Part shown: positions 10,126 to 23,057 of the stretch, in pieces
Position numbering within the stretch: position 1 is the stretch's first letter
Layout: every line of letters starts with the position of its first letter
Assembly: GCA_038087875.1 (NCBI GenBank)
Contig: CM075996.1
Coordinates: forward strand, 4,714,001 to 4,778,000
Length of the DNA: 64,000 nucleotides
Reading direction: 5' to 3'
Origin: Malacoraja senta
Taxonomy: Eukaryota
Notes under the pieces: model-generated
Told to the model about the DNA's origin: nothing
The model's database searches: none
What the model saw: the letters and a program-made list of their open reading frames with translations, nothing else
Made by a program: the position numbers and the translations under genes

Positions 10126-11222
10126 TCAGGTAGAAGGTACAGGAGCCTGAAGACTGCAACAACCAGGTTCAGGAATAGCTACTTCCCCACAGCCATCAGG
10201 CTATTCAACTTGGCTCGGACAAAACACTGAACATTAATAGCCCATTATCTGTTATTTGCACTTGATCAGTTTATTTATTCATGTGTGTATATATTTATAT
10301 AATGGTATATGGACACACTGTTCTGTTCTGTATTATTCATGCCTACTATGTTCTGTTGTGCTGAAGCAAAGCAAGAATTTCATTGTCCTATCAGGGACAC
10401 ATGACAACAAACTCTCTTGAACTTGAATCTTGAAAGTAGTGAGCAGTTTTGGGCCCCAATATGTGAGGAAGGATGTGCTGGTGTCCAGAAGAGGTTTACA
10501 AGAATGATTGGGTTAAACTATGATGAGCATTGGAAGTCTCAGGGCCAATACTCGCTGGAGTTTAGAAGGGTGAAGGGATATCTCATTGAAAACTACCGTA
10601 TAATCAAAGACCTAGATAGAGTGGACTTGGAAAGGAAGTTTCCAGTAATGGGAGAATTTAGGACCAGAGGGCACAGCCTCAGAATAAAAGGACATACCTT
10701 TAGAATAGGACTAGTGTGAACAGGTGATCGATGGTCGGCGCGGACTTGGTGGGTCAAAGGGCCTGTTTCTATGCTGCATCTTTCAATCAATGAATCAGTC
10801 TCTTATCATTTCTAACCTCTCTGTGTTGCTGTACGTTCACCAAAGTGAGTAAGGATATGCAGCTGGGTTGGGTGGACATCTGGGGATGGGATATGGGGAG
10901 AAAGCAGGAACGGGGTACTGATTTTGGATGATCAGCCATGATCGTAGTGAATGGCGGTGCTGGCTAGAAGGGCCAAATGGCCGACTCCTGCACTTACGTT
11001 CTATGTTTCTAGGATCCAGAGGTTGGGCAGGGCCACGGGTGGGTGGTAATAGATCATGGAGCTGCGATTATTGTTCAGCAGTTGTTGCAAACTTGTTGTG
11101 AGTGTGAGTTGTGAGCTGTTAGCTGCAATTATAGCCGGTCAGACAAAATCATATCATGTAAAAATATGTTATGGATATTCACAATATTCTCAAGAACCCC
11201 TTTGTCTTTATTTTGTTTGTAG

Positions 11223-11970
11223 ATACCTTGCCATCAGGTACCCCTTGAAATCGCGGGATCTTCGCACAGCGCGCAACGCCTTAATTGCCATCGGAATAAT
11301 CTGGGCCTTGTCAATGATTTTAGCTGGGCCTTACTTGAATTACTACCAGATTGTCCTGTACAACGGGGTGCCTGTCTGCGTGCCAATCTGGGAGGACAAG
11401 AGGAGAAAGGTCATGGATGTATCCTCTTTTGTTTTCGGCTATCTTATCCCCGTCACAATCCTGAGCTTTGCCTACACCAGGACAATCAAGTACCTGTGGA
11501 CATCGGTGGATCCCATTGAGACGGTGTCGGAAGCCAAGAAGGCCAAGCGGAAGGTGACCAAGATGATCATCATCGTTGCCGTGCTGTTTTCCCTGTGCTG
11601 GCTGCCCCACCATGTGGTGATCATGTGCTTCTGGTTCGGCCACTTCCCCTTCAACAAGGCCACCTACGCCTTCAGGCTCATCGCTCACTGCATGTCCTAC
11701 GCCAACTCCTGCCTCAACCCCATCGTCTACGCCTTGATATCCAAGCATTTCCGCAAACGGTTCAAGCAAGTCTTCACCTGCCTGCCGAAGAAGAAGGCCC
11801 TCAACAAGGTGCACGTCCTGCAAGTGGCCAACACCGTGACTGGGCTCCAGCCTGCCTCCACCGACATCTCCCAGACCAACGAACAAAACTACATGGTGGG
11901 TCGCTCAGCGCTGGTGGAAGGCAACCTGGTGCTTGGGGAGCCCGGAGCAGCTCAGAGGCACGAGGTCTGA
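11223..11970 (+). CDS. GALR3: Galanin receptor, terminal coding exon (DRY motif to stop; TM4-TM7 and C-tail), GALR2/3 type, most likely GALR3 orthologue
   Basis: Acceptor ttttgtttgtag|A TAC gives the phase-2 intron inside the DRY motif typical of two-exon GALR2/GALR3 genes. Translation RYLAIRYPL..CWLPHH..YANSCLNPIVYALISKHFRKRF, stop TGA at 11968-11970. Exon 1 is not in the window. Symbol rests on residue pattern plus linkage to GCAT. Confidence 0.85.
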
Positions 11971-12288
11971 CATTATCCTTCGGCCAGAAAACAAATCTGA
12001 GAGGAATGTTGTTCTCACCTCTGCCATCTGTTTCTCTGGCACGTTCAATGATTTCCTTCAGTAGCGTTGGGTTTGGAGTAGGAGTTGTTGGTTCATTTTC
12101 AATTTTGATGGAGCCATCTGATGAACAAGGGTGTGAAAAGGCACTTTGGTTTGAAGGTCAACATAACTGAGGAACTCTGCCGGCCACAATTAATTGGGTG
12201 CCAGCTTTTGCATTTCTAATCATGAAGTTGTTATTAACCATCTTGCCACGAATGTTGGTCAATTCTGGACATGCATAGTCTTCGACAC

Positions 12289-13165
12289 ACTTACTTACTT
12301 AATTACCTAATGCCTATGATGCCTCCTGGCAAGTAGGGCAGCAATGAAGGTCCTCCACTCAGTAGTGTTGATTCCTTCAGTTGCTGTTTCCGTAACATAT
12401 GTGTTTTACGAGACAGGGTTGTTAGCCCTGTGCTCAACCTCCAACCTGGAGGACCAGTGGATCGCTCTTCGTCTCGCCTCTCTACCCTTCTTCTTCTTCT
12501 TCTTCTTCTTCTTGGTTTCTTGGTCCTCCAAATATTCCAAATGGAATTTAAACTGGAGGTGGTGGAGGGAGGACTTAAGCCAGAAAGGGGTTTTTGGGAA
12601 GAAAGAGCTACCTTAAATTTAGTTGCATCTGGTTGGGTAACTATGGTAGGGTGAAGATTATTCCATGCTTTAATTGTGCGGGGGAAGAATGAATTGCTGT
12701 ACACATCTGTCTTGGTAGCTGGAATCTCAAATTGGATCGAATGTCCTCGTCTGCTCCTAATTGGTTTGGGTTTGGTGTAGGTCTTGTAATCTATGTTGAG
12801 CTGACCATTTAACATTTTGTAAAAACAGTCTTGTAAAAACAAGCTTCACGTCTGTCTTGGAGAGGGTTCCATCCCAGCGAATTCAGAAGTTTGGTAACAC
12901 TCGCTTCTCTCTCATAGGTGTTAGTAACAAATCGAGCTGCCTGTCTTTGGACACGTTCGATGGAAGAAATGTTTTTATTTGTGTATGGGTCCCATGCTGC
13001 AACTGCGTAGTCCAAATGAGGTCTAACGAGGGTGAAGTATAGCCCTCGACCTGTCCAGCATGGGAGGCCCTAACAGGAGACGAATCTCCCGCTGGCATAG
13101 CTCTTGGGGTCACTGAGACACACAAGGACCCCGACCACGACAAGGTTGCAATCCAACGGGGAGGA
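12289..13165 (-). mobile_element. RTE-clade-derived non-autonomous element (5' UTR joined to 3' end), interrupted by a LINE
   Basis: Minus-strand head GGATTGCAACCTTGTCGTGG..GAGCTATGCC..GGACAGGTC and GGTCCTCCAGGTTGG..GGGCTAACAACCC resemble RTE/BovB 5' regions. (TAAG)n tail at 12289-12301. Confidence 0.6.
12487..13040 (-). mobile_element. CR1-group LINE 3' fragment of a second, divergent family
   Basis: DYAVAAWDPYTNKNISSIERVQRQAARFVTNTY..LQDRRE..FFPRTIKAWNNL. (AAG)n tail. Near-identical copy at 38341-38923. Confidence 0.8.
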
Positions 13166-13526
13166 AGTCACGCCACTGACACTAACTACAAGACTTCCCG
13201 ACACTTTTCACCGGCTTCATATTATTCAGCAGGTTGCAAACTTGTTGTGAGTGTGTTAGCTTCAAGCAGCTTTATGTATTGTAGTGAGGTATCATGTCAG
13301 GAAGTAGGGAGTATTTGACTGAGTTGGTTCAGTTAGTTGTTTCAGAAATAAACGGTTCTGTTGAATTGGTCAAGTGTTACTCAACTCTGGCGTGGGGCGA
13401 TATTTGGAAAACACAGATTTCTCTTCGCCTGGGACTGTTAACATGGGCTTCTCTCCCTCTGTACACTGTCTTGGTACCTGTGATGTCTTGAAAACATCCA
13501 CGGCTTCACTCCTGCATCTTTAAAGG

Positions 13527-13737
13527 CAGTCTGAAGAAGGGTTTCGGCCCGAAACGTTGCCTATTTCCCTCGCTCCATAGATGCTGCCGCACCCGCTGAG
13601 TTTCTCCAGCATTTTTGTCTACCTTCAAATCCTAATATGGTCTGAAGAAGGGCCTCGACCCGAAACGCCACCCATCCCTTCTCTCCAGAGATGCTGCCTG
13701 TCTCGCTGAGTCATTCCAGCTTTTTGTATCTGTCTTC
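13527..13737 (+). mobile_element. Two tandem PLE terminal fragments (subfamily B then A)
   Basis: CAGTCTGAAGAAGGGTTTCGGCCCGAAACGTT at 13527 and GTCTGAAGAAGGGCCTCGACCCGAAACGCC at 13640. Confidence 0.75.
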
Positions 13738-14169
13738 TACAAAGAAAGCTTTAGCATTTGGTGAAAGTGTGAAAATAAATATTTGGTGACAGTACACTGC
13801 GTCAGTGATGGGTTATTGTTTGGTATTTTGGGCATCGCGGTCAGCATGGACGCGACGGGCTGAAGGGCCAGTTTCTATGCTGCATGACATTAATATTTCA
13901 TTTTAAGGAATGATTCATCTGAGCACTGAGGTGAACCTGGTGCGCAGGAGATGCCTTCTTCAGATGAATTATTAAATCCTTGTTCATTTGTTCACACAAC
14001 AAACCTGCAGCAAAGTTGCTCCTGCACATGAATCCATTCTCACTACCCCCCTCTTTCTTTCTTTCTCCTCCCCTCTCCATTTCTCTCTCCCCGTCACTCC
14101 ACTTCTCCCAACCCCTCTCTCCCTTGCTCTCCCCTCTATCTGTCTTTCTCCATCTTGCTATTGCTATTG

Positions 14170-14478
14170 CTATTCTTGCTATTGAGGGAGTGCAGCGTAG
14201 GTTCACCAGGTTAATTCCCGTGATGGCGGGACTGTCATATGCTGAGAGAATGGAGCAGCTGGGCTTGTACACTCTGGAGTTTAGAAGGATGAGAGGAAAT
14301 CTCATTGAAACATATAAGATTGTTAAGGGCTTGGACACGCTAGAGGCAGGAAACATGTTCCCGATGTTGGGGGATGTTGGGGGAGTCCAGAACCAGGGGC
14401 CACACAGTTTAAGAATAAGGAGTAAGCTGGCTCGAAGGGCCAAATGGGCTACTCCTGCACCTATTGTCTATTGTCTAT
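14170..14478 (+). mobile_element. CR1 LINE fragment with internal deletion
   Basis: ILAIEGVQRRFTRLIPVMAGLSYAERMEQLGLYTLEFRRMRG, followed by the CR1 tail. Confidence 0.85.
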
Positions 14479-15054
14479 TATCTCACTTTCTCTCTCCCAT
14501 CTCCCTCTTCCCCCCGTTCTCCTTTTCCCTCTCTCCCCTCTCTCTCCTCCTCTATCTTTCTCTCTCTCTCTTTCTCTCTCTCTCTGTGCCATCTCACTCT
14601 TTCTCCAACTGTATGTTTTCTCTTCTCTGCATCTCTCCGTCTCTTTCTGACCGCTGTCTCAGCGTAAGGGCCCGGCCATTCAAGGCAGAATTGAGGAGAA
14701 CTTTCTTCACCCAGATGGTGGTGAATTCTAGAACAACCCCCACCCCCCCACCCCCACCCGCCCCCCCCCCCCATGTTCTCCGGAGATGCTGCCTGAAGTT
14801 TATCCAGCACCTTTTTCTGCAAAACTACATCTGCAAATCCTTGTGTCCAGCAATGTATGCTTGCCAGGTTGCATTGTTAGAGGGAGAAGGAATTGTAGAG
14901 GATTGGAAGCAGTAACAACAATGAAATGAACGGAAGGCTGTGCCAGAGACTGGCAGTCGCAAACACACGAGGGAGGATATGTTTACCGGGAGCTTCAGTG
15001 ATGAACACCATAAATGGCTGACTGTTGGTGGGTAAACTGTGAACACAACAGACC

Positions 15055-15490
15055 ATAGAAACATAGAAAATAGGTGCAGGAGTCGGCCATCCGGCCCTTT
15101 GAGCCAGCACCGCCATTCAATATGTTCATGGCTGATCATCCAGAATCAGTACCCCGTTCCTGCTTTCTCCCCATATCCCTTGATTCCATTAGCCCCAAGA
15201 GCTATATCTAACTCTCTCTTGAAAACATCCAGTGAATCGGCCTCCACTGCCTTCTGTGGCAGAGAATTCCACAGATTCACAACTCTCTAAGTGAAAAAGC
15301 TTTTCCTCATCTCAGTCCCAAATGGCCGACCCCTTATTCTTCGACTATGATCCCCTGGTTCTGGACTCCCCTAACATCGGGAACATTTTTCCTACATCTA
15401 GCCTGTCCAATCCCTTAAGAATTTTATATGTATCTATAAGATCCCCTCTCAGCCTGCTAAATTCTAGTGAACACAAGCCCAGACGATCCA
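15055..15490 (-). mobile_element. CR1 LINE 3' end
   Basis: LGLCSLEFSRLRGDLIDTYKILKGLDRLD..MFPMLGESRTRG and CR1 tail. Confidence 0.85.
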
Positions 15491-15763
15491 TTCTTTGATC
15501 GATAACATTGCAGGTTTTCTGCAGTTCCAGCCAAGATGGATTTTGATTGTGTGGGGAAACAAGTGCACATTGATTTGCAATTGAACAAGAATATTTCTCC
15601 AGCCCTGACATCAGTGCCTTGACCTTCCTGTGGAGGTCCTGATGCAGCACAGCATGCCAGTGGTGAAGATGTAATGCAAGTTGCAGTAGACCAACTGGAT
15701 ACGTCTTAGTTTAGTTTAGCCTTCCTGAGCTTTAGTTTGTAGTTTTTAGTTTAGTTTAGGGAT

Positions 15764-15892
15764 GGGAGATTGCAACCTTCACGTGGTCCGCCCTTTACCG
15801 ACAAATGCAATCAACCCGGCGCGCACAATCAAATAAGATCAAATAGAACAAGTTGTCCTACAACTTTAGGCTGTGCACGCCACACGCAAGAG
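15764..15892 (+). mobile_element. Second copy of the 135-bp short retroposon
   Basis: Near-identical to 9017-9151, inserted in a (GTTTA)n tract. Confidence 0.8.
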
Positions 15893-16232
15893 GTTTAGTT
15901 TAGAGATACAGCGCGGAAACAGTCCCTTTGGCCCACTGAGTCCGCGCTGACCAGCGATCCCCGCACACTAACACTATTCTACACCCAGGAGTTTTGGGTT
16001 AAGAGGGAAAAATAGATCAGCCACGAATGGATGGTGGAGCAGACTCGATGGGCCGAATGGCCTAATTCTGCTCCAATGCTGCATAGTTGCTAGTTTTTGG
16101 AAACCTATGGAGTCAACGATGGCTCACCTTCAGCCTGGCTTGCAATGTTATCAAGGATGGGGCAAGTTAGAAGCTGCTCCTTCCTCAAGGGTGTAAGTAC
16201 GCAGAATGTTAATACACATTCAGAAATTCACA

Positions 16233-16740
16233 TCCAGAGTAGGGGAATCGAGGACCAGAGGACATGGGTTCAAGGTGAAGGGGAAAAGATTTAACAGGAA
16301 TCTGAGGGGTAACTTTTTCACACAAAGGGTGGTGGGTGTATGGAACAAGCTGACAGAGGAGGTAGTTGAGGCTGGGACTCTCCCAACATTTAAGAAACAG
16401 TTAGACAGGTACATGGATAGGACAGGTTTGGAGGGATATGGACCAAGCGCAAGCAGGTGGGACCAAAGATACTAGATCTTTGGGTGGGACTAGTGCAGTT
16501 GGGACATGTTGGGCCGAAGGGCCTGTTTCCACAATGTTCCCAGCAATGTCCCTGTGATGCTTTCAAGAGAGAGCTAGATAGGGCTCTTAAAAATAGCGGA
16601 GTCAGGGGATATGGGGAGAAGGCAGGAACGGGGTACTGATTGGGGATGATCAACCATGATCATATTGAATGGCGGTGCTGGCTCGAAGGGCCAAATGGCC
16701 TACTCCTGCACCTGTTGTCTATTGTCTATTGTCTATTGTC
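16233..16740 (+). mobile_element. Two adjacent CR1 3' fragments
   Basis: RVGESRTRGHGFKVKG..FFTQRVVGVWNKL, then DAFKRELDRALK..GYGEKAGTGY with (TATTGTC)n tail. Confidence 0.8.
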
Positions 16741-17404
16741 AAACCCGAAATATTTTTTAGAAAAGCGTTCCCTGCATCATAAACATTGGACATTGCTTCT
16801 GTAAACTGACTGCTGGGAAAAATTATATTCCGGTCAGGACTGCAAGAAATAAAAGAAAATGAAGTTGGATGATTCAAAGCTCCAAGGGCCCTGGAGAATA
16901 GAAAATATCTTTCCAATTTATTCTGACGAGCGTGCAGTGGAAGGAACGCCGTTCTATCTCTGAACAAATACTGGCCGATGATTTAGTGATGTATAAATGT
17001 AGACTCAAGCGACCATAGGGAGTAAGGAAAGGTTATTTAAAAATGTAAATAATGCAAATGAATGTACATTTTTCATAGGCTTGTTAGATTTTTAAAACAT
17101 CGTGTATTTAAAACTCCTTCACAAGGTGTTGAGTGAAAACTCAGACTGTCAATAGGCTCCAGGACTGGTGGGGGCCAAGCAAGAGCCATTCAACCATTGG
17201 AAGCAAGTAAGTAAGTAAGTAAGTTTATTGGCCAAGTATTCACATACAAGGAATTTGCCTTGGTGCTCCGCCCACAAGTAACGACATGACCTACAGTGAC
17301 AGTTACGAATGACTCAGAAAACACTAAACATTAATAATAATAAGACATTAATGATAAAACACCATTGATCAAGCATGTGAACCAACACAAGGATACCATT
17401 CTTT

Positions 17405-17935
17405 GTGTGGGAGGGAACTGCAGATGCTGGTTTAAACTGAAGATAGACACAAAATGCTGGAGTAACTCAGCGGGACAGGCAGCATCTCTGGAGAGAAGGA
17501 ATGGGTGACGTTTCGGGTCGAGACCCTTCTTCAGACTGGTTAGGGATAAGGGAAAAGAGAGATATCGACGGTGATGTGGAGAGATAAAGAACAATGAATG
17601 AAAGATATGCAAAAACATAACGATGATAAAGGAAACAGGCCATTGTTAGCTGCTTGTAGGGTGAAAATGAGAATTTTGTGCGACTTGGGTGGGGAGGGAT
17701 AGAGAGAGAAGGGCTACTTGAAGTTAGAGAAATCAATATTCATACCACTGGGCTGTAAGCTGCCCAAGCGAAATATGAGATGCCGTTTAGCTGCACTCTG
17801 ACAATGGAGGAGGCCGAGGACAGAAAGATCAGTGTAGGAATGGGAAGGAGAATTAAAGTGTTTAGCAACCGGGAGATCAGTAGGTCCAGGCGGGCTGAGC
17901 GAAGGTGTTCCGTGAAACGATCGCCCAGAATACGT
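17405..17935 (-). mobile_element. Penelope-like element 3' region (GIY-YIG end plus 3' UTR)
   Basis: Minus strand encodes LGDRFTEHLR..DLPVAKHFNS..HLIFRLGSLQPSGMNIDFSNFK-like sequence, followed by the hammerhead-like core and terminal arm. Confidence 0.75.
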
Positions 17936-18402
17936 CTCTTGCCTTGTTTGTGTGACCAGACCTTACTAAACAGCAGATAGACGACACAAGATGCTGGAGT
18001 AACTCAGTGGGACAGGCAGCATCTCCGGTGAGGAATGGGTGACGTTTCGGGTCGAGACCCTTCTTCAAACTGAACAAACAAACGTCCTTGGCTCCAAATG
18101 TTGAAATCGTGGCCAACCAATTAGCCACAGATGACCCACCGCTGACTGCTCTGGTGTTAAAGAAGGAACTGCAGATGCTGGAAAATCGAAGGTACACAAA
18201 AATGCTGGAGAAACTCAGCGGGTGCAGCAGCATCTATGGAGCGAAGGAAATAGGCAACGTTTCGGGCCGAAACCCTTCTTCAGACTGATAGGGGGTTCTG
18301 ACTGCTCTGGGTTCCTCTGCTCATGTACACACACTCCAGTATACAATACTCATGTGTACATCTGGGAGTCACTTTTTATGTGTAAGCGTGTGGTGTATGT
18401 TT

Positions 18403-19142
<740 letters not shown>

Positions 19143-19527
19143 ACGTGGTGATGAATAACACCTAAGAACAAAATCAATTCCTGCACACAGATGACTGCGG
19201 GAGATTTATCGAACTCAGCTTGTTTAATTTCTTGTTCGTTTCTGGTTTAATTTTCGAGTCTAAAATCAATTTCCTTTGCCTCAGTCATGGGCTGCATGAA
19301 CATTAGATCAAGGCTCACACAGGAAGCTACTTGTGCAGCTCCACTGATACTCCATGCAGTTACTTCATTAGCTGCAGAGCCCCTGTGAATCTGGCCCTCA
19401 GTAAAAACACTGACATGGCCAAGAAGATGTGAGATTGTGTGTGAGCCGCACCAATGATCCCAACCCTGCCGAGCGAGTGAAAGGTCAGCAAGCAGGTGTG
19501 AGGGTGAGCCCCTTCGTTCATTGTGTA

Positions 19528-19723
19528 CGAAGGAACTGCAGATGCTGGTTTAACCCGAAGATAGATGCAAAAAGCTGGAGTAACTCAGCGGGACAGGCAG
19601 CATCTCTGGAGAGAAGGAATGGGTGACTGAAGAAGGGTCTCGACCGAAAACGTCACCCAATCCTTCTCTCCAGAGATGCTGCCTGACCCGATGAGTTACT
19701 CCAGCCTTTTATATCTATCTTCG
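19528..19723. mobile_element. PLE fold-back hairpin, subfamily A
   Basis: Inverted arms around CTGAAGAAGGGTCTCGACCGAAAACGTC. Confidence 0.75.
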
Positions 19724-19957
19724 GGACAATAGACAATAGGCAATAGGTGCAGGAGTAGGCTATTTGGCCCTTCGAGTCAGCACCGTCATTCAATGTGATC
19801 ATGGCTGATCATCCCCAATCAGTACCCCGTTCCTGCCTTCTCCCCATATCCCTTGACTCCGCTATTTTTAAGAGGCCCTATCTAGCTCTCTCTTGAAAGC
19901 ATCCAGAGAACCAGCCTCCACAGCCTTCTGAGGCAGAGAATTCCACAGACTCACCAC

Positions 19958-20352
19958 CAAAGATACTAGAGATCTCACCACCAAAGATACTAGAGATCTC
20001 TCCAGAGATGGCGGGAAAACAACACCATACACCTCTGCACATCGATGGAGCTGATGTGGAAAGGGTCAACAGCGTGAAGTTCCTAGGACTCCACCTGTCA
20101 GATGACCTGACGTCCACGACCAACACCACAGCACTGGTCAAGAGAGCCCAGCAGCGACTACACCCTCTCCGAAGACTACGTAAAGCAGGTCTCCCCACTA
20201 CACACCTACGAACTTTTTATAGGGGGACAATCGAGAGCACATTAACGTCGCGTTTTGCATTAAAAATGGCGGCCGTGACGTTCCGTTACGTACTACACGT
20301 CACTCCATTGGATTTCGGAGGAGTGGTCTATCTTGCTCCTCTAGTATCTTTG
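19958..20352. mobile_element. MITE with 14-bp TIR (CAAAGATACTAGAG) and 8-bp TSD, inside a CR1, carrying a LINE RT fragment
   Basis: TSD ctcaccac at 19950-19957 (duplicated at 19974-19981) and 20353-20360. Internal PLHIDGADVERVNSVKFLGLHLSDDL..KRAQQRLHPLRRL. Confidence 0.75.
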
Positions 20353-20699
20353 CTCACCACTCTCTGTGAGAAAAAAAGTGTTTCCTCGTCTCCGTTCTAA
20401 ATGGCTTACCCCTTATTCTTAAACTGTGGCCCCTGGTTCTGGACTCGGGAAGGGTTAATTAATGTCTGTGGGACAGGAAGGGGTTAATGTCTGGTGAACA
20501 GGGGAAGGTGCGTTTTTGCAACATTCAGCAAACACAGCACGGAGACAACTCTCACCTCGCACTGGAGGGCAGCTCACTGGCTGCCACTCAGACAAAGAAA
20601 ATCAGAAGGCTGACAGCATATCCGTGCCTGGTCACGGATGGGTTGCAGCCAACGTGACACGGCGCTCCCTTGACAGGACTTGTTTATCTCAACACCTAT

Positions 20700-20910
20700 T
20701 GCAAAACCTCTCTCCAAGGTTTTCTCTCCCCCTTCCCCCCCTCTCTCAACACCCCCCCCCTTCTCTTCCTCTCCCCCTTCCCCCCCACTCCCTCCCCCAT
20801 CTTCCCCCTCCCCATTTCCCCCTTCTTCCTCCTCCCCCCTCCCTCAACACCCCCCTCTCTCCCTCTCCCCGCCCCTTTCTTCCCCCTCCCCCTTCTACCC
20901 CCTCCCTCTG
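20700..20910. repeat. C/T-rich low-complexity tract (G-rich on minus strand)
   Basis: Runs of C4-C9 separated by T. Confidence 0.85.
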
Positions 20911-21737
20911 GTGAAAATCTTGCCCCTCATGTTGCTATTACATCTTTTCCTTCTCACCTTAATCCGATTACCTCTTGATTCCCCTACTCTGGGTACAAGA
21001 CTCTGTGCCTTCACCCTACCTGTTCCCCTTGTGATTTTGTGCACCTCTATAAGGTCACCCCTTATCCTCCTGCGCTCCGAGGAATAAAGTCCCCGCCTGC
21101 CCAACCTCTCCCTGTAGCTCAGGCCCTCGAGTCCTGGAAACATCCTGGTAAATATTTTCTGCACTCACCTTCAATGCCAGCTGAATGATTAAAATAATGT
21201 GAAATACCTGAAGCACTCTGGTGCACCTCTTGCACAGGCCGGGAAATCCCCCTCCAATACAATCACTGTCCACATAACAACCTCCCCCCTGATGTGAAGC
21301 TGGGGTTTAAAAGAAACAAAGATGTCAAGCTGGGGTCAGGTGCGAAGTGCATCCTGACCATCGCGACAGCCCAGCACTGCTCCATCTAGTGGACAGTGGA
21401 TGTATTGATGACTGGTGCTCAGCTCACTTTTGGCCAAACACAGTGGAAATGGTGCCTGGGCTTATTATTGTCCCTTGTACTGAGGTAGAGTGAAAATCTT
21501 TATTTTGTCTGCCATCCTGGAAAATTATACTGTACATGAGAATCATACTCTACGAGTCAAACTGGACGTGAGTCTGAAGAAGTGTCTCAACCCGAATTGA
21601 ACTTAATTTAATTTATTTGTCATTCAAAGAAATGTCGTTATCATACAGTCATAAGAATAAAAAGCAAACAAATCACACAATTACCTAAATTGAACAAAAA
21701 CATCCATCACAGTGAACCTCCCCCAGGCACCTCCTCA

Positions 21738-21993
21738 CCGACCAGCGATCCCCGCACATTAACACCGTCCTACACCCACTAGGGACAATTTTTACATTTA
21801 CCAAGCCAATTATCCTACAAACCTGTACGTCTTTGGAGTGTGGGAAGAAACCAAATATCTCGGAGAAAACCCACGCAGGTCATGAGGAGAACGTGCAAAC
21901 TCCGTGCGGACAGTACCCGTAGTCGGGATCGAACCCGGGTCTCCGGCGCTGCATTCGCTGTAAGGCAGCGACTCTACCGCTGCGCCACCGTGA
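21738..21993 (-). mobile_element. V-SINE (HE1-like)
   Basis: Reverse complement of the 5541-5760 element, with a longer 3' part. Confidence 0.85.
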
Positions 21994-23057
21994 CGTTTTG
22001 TCTGCTGCACAGACTCAACACCACCGAACCTCTGACACTCGGTCCGTGAGGCTTCAATTGGGCCTAATCTCTCCTAAAGCCCCCCCCCCCCCCCAAAGTT
22101 TCGGCACTCCTTGCCACTGTTCGCCTCAGCAACACCAGGGGCATTCAGAGACCTCCCTTTGTCCCGCAACGCAGAAACCTGCAGATTGCAAACGCTACCA
22201 CAAGGCTACAAGGTGAAAAGAATGTAGCAGTGAGTCACACGTCTTCATTCTTTTACAAGTACATCCTTGGCACTTCCTCCACATCTCCCAGAGTGATAAA
22301 TAGAGTCAAAAAATACTCTAGCTCAAGGTTGTTCATGAAATGATTGTGCTTTGCTGTTACACTGCATCACCAAGGCAACAACTCTTTACACTGAGTTCAC
22401 CACCTCCACATTTAGTTCATTATTATTGTCAGATGTACCAAGGTACAATGAAAAGCTTTTGTTGTGTGCTTTCCAGTCAAAGAAAAGATTATGCATTTAG
22501 TTTAAGAAGGAACTGCAGAAGCTGGAAAATCCAAGGTAGACAAAAATGCTGGAGAAACTCAGCGGGTGAGGCAGCATCTATGGAGCGGAGGAAATAAATA
22601 GGGCTCTTAAAGATAGTGGAGTCAGGGGATATGGGGAGAAGGCAGGAACGGGGTACTGATTGGGGATGATCAGCCATGATCACATTGAATGGCAGTGCTG
22701 GCTGGAAGGGCCGAATGGCCTACTCCTGCACCTATTGTCTATTGTCTATTGAAATAGGCGACGTTTCTGATCGAGACCCTTCAATCTGAAGCACAGCTAC
22801 CCACGGTGACAATGCCACCAGTACCTGGCAAAGCCACAAGCACCACCGCCTCGAGGGTGGAGGGCCTCCCTTCCATTGGCTCCATCTGTACTTCACGCTG
22901 CCTTGGCAAGGCCACCAGCAGAATCAACAACCAGTCTCACCCCAGTCCCTCACTCTTCTCTCTTCCATCAGGCAAGTGGTACAGAAAATGCACACCAGAA
23001 TCAGGGACAGTTTCCTCCTAGCTGCTATCAAGCAACTGTACAGTCCTCTCATCAACA

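Noticed and set aside
11056..11222. N-terminal 55 aa of the 304-aa ORF as part of the receptor
   Set aside because: Lies upstream of a good splice acceptor at the conserved DRY intron position and shows no TM1-TM3 similarity, so it is intronic read-through.
11320..12170. Antisense and alternative-frame ORFs over the receptor exon
   Set aside because: Shadow ORFs caused by GC-rich codon usage, with no recognisable protein.
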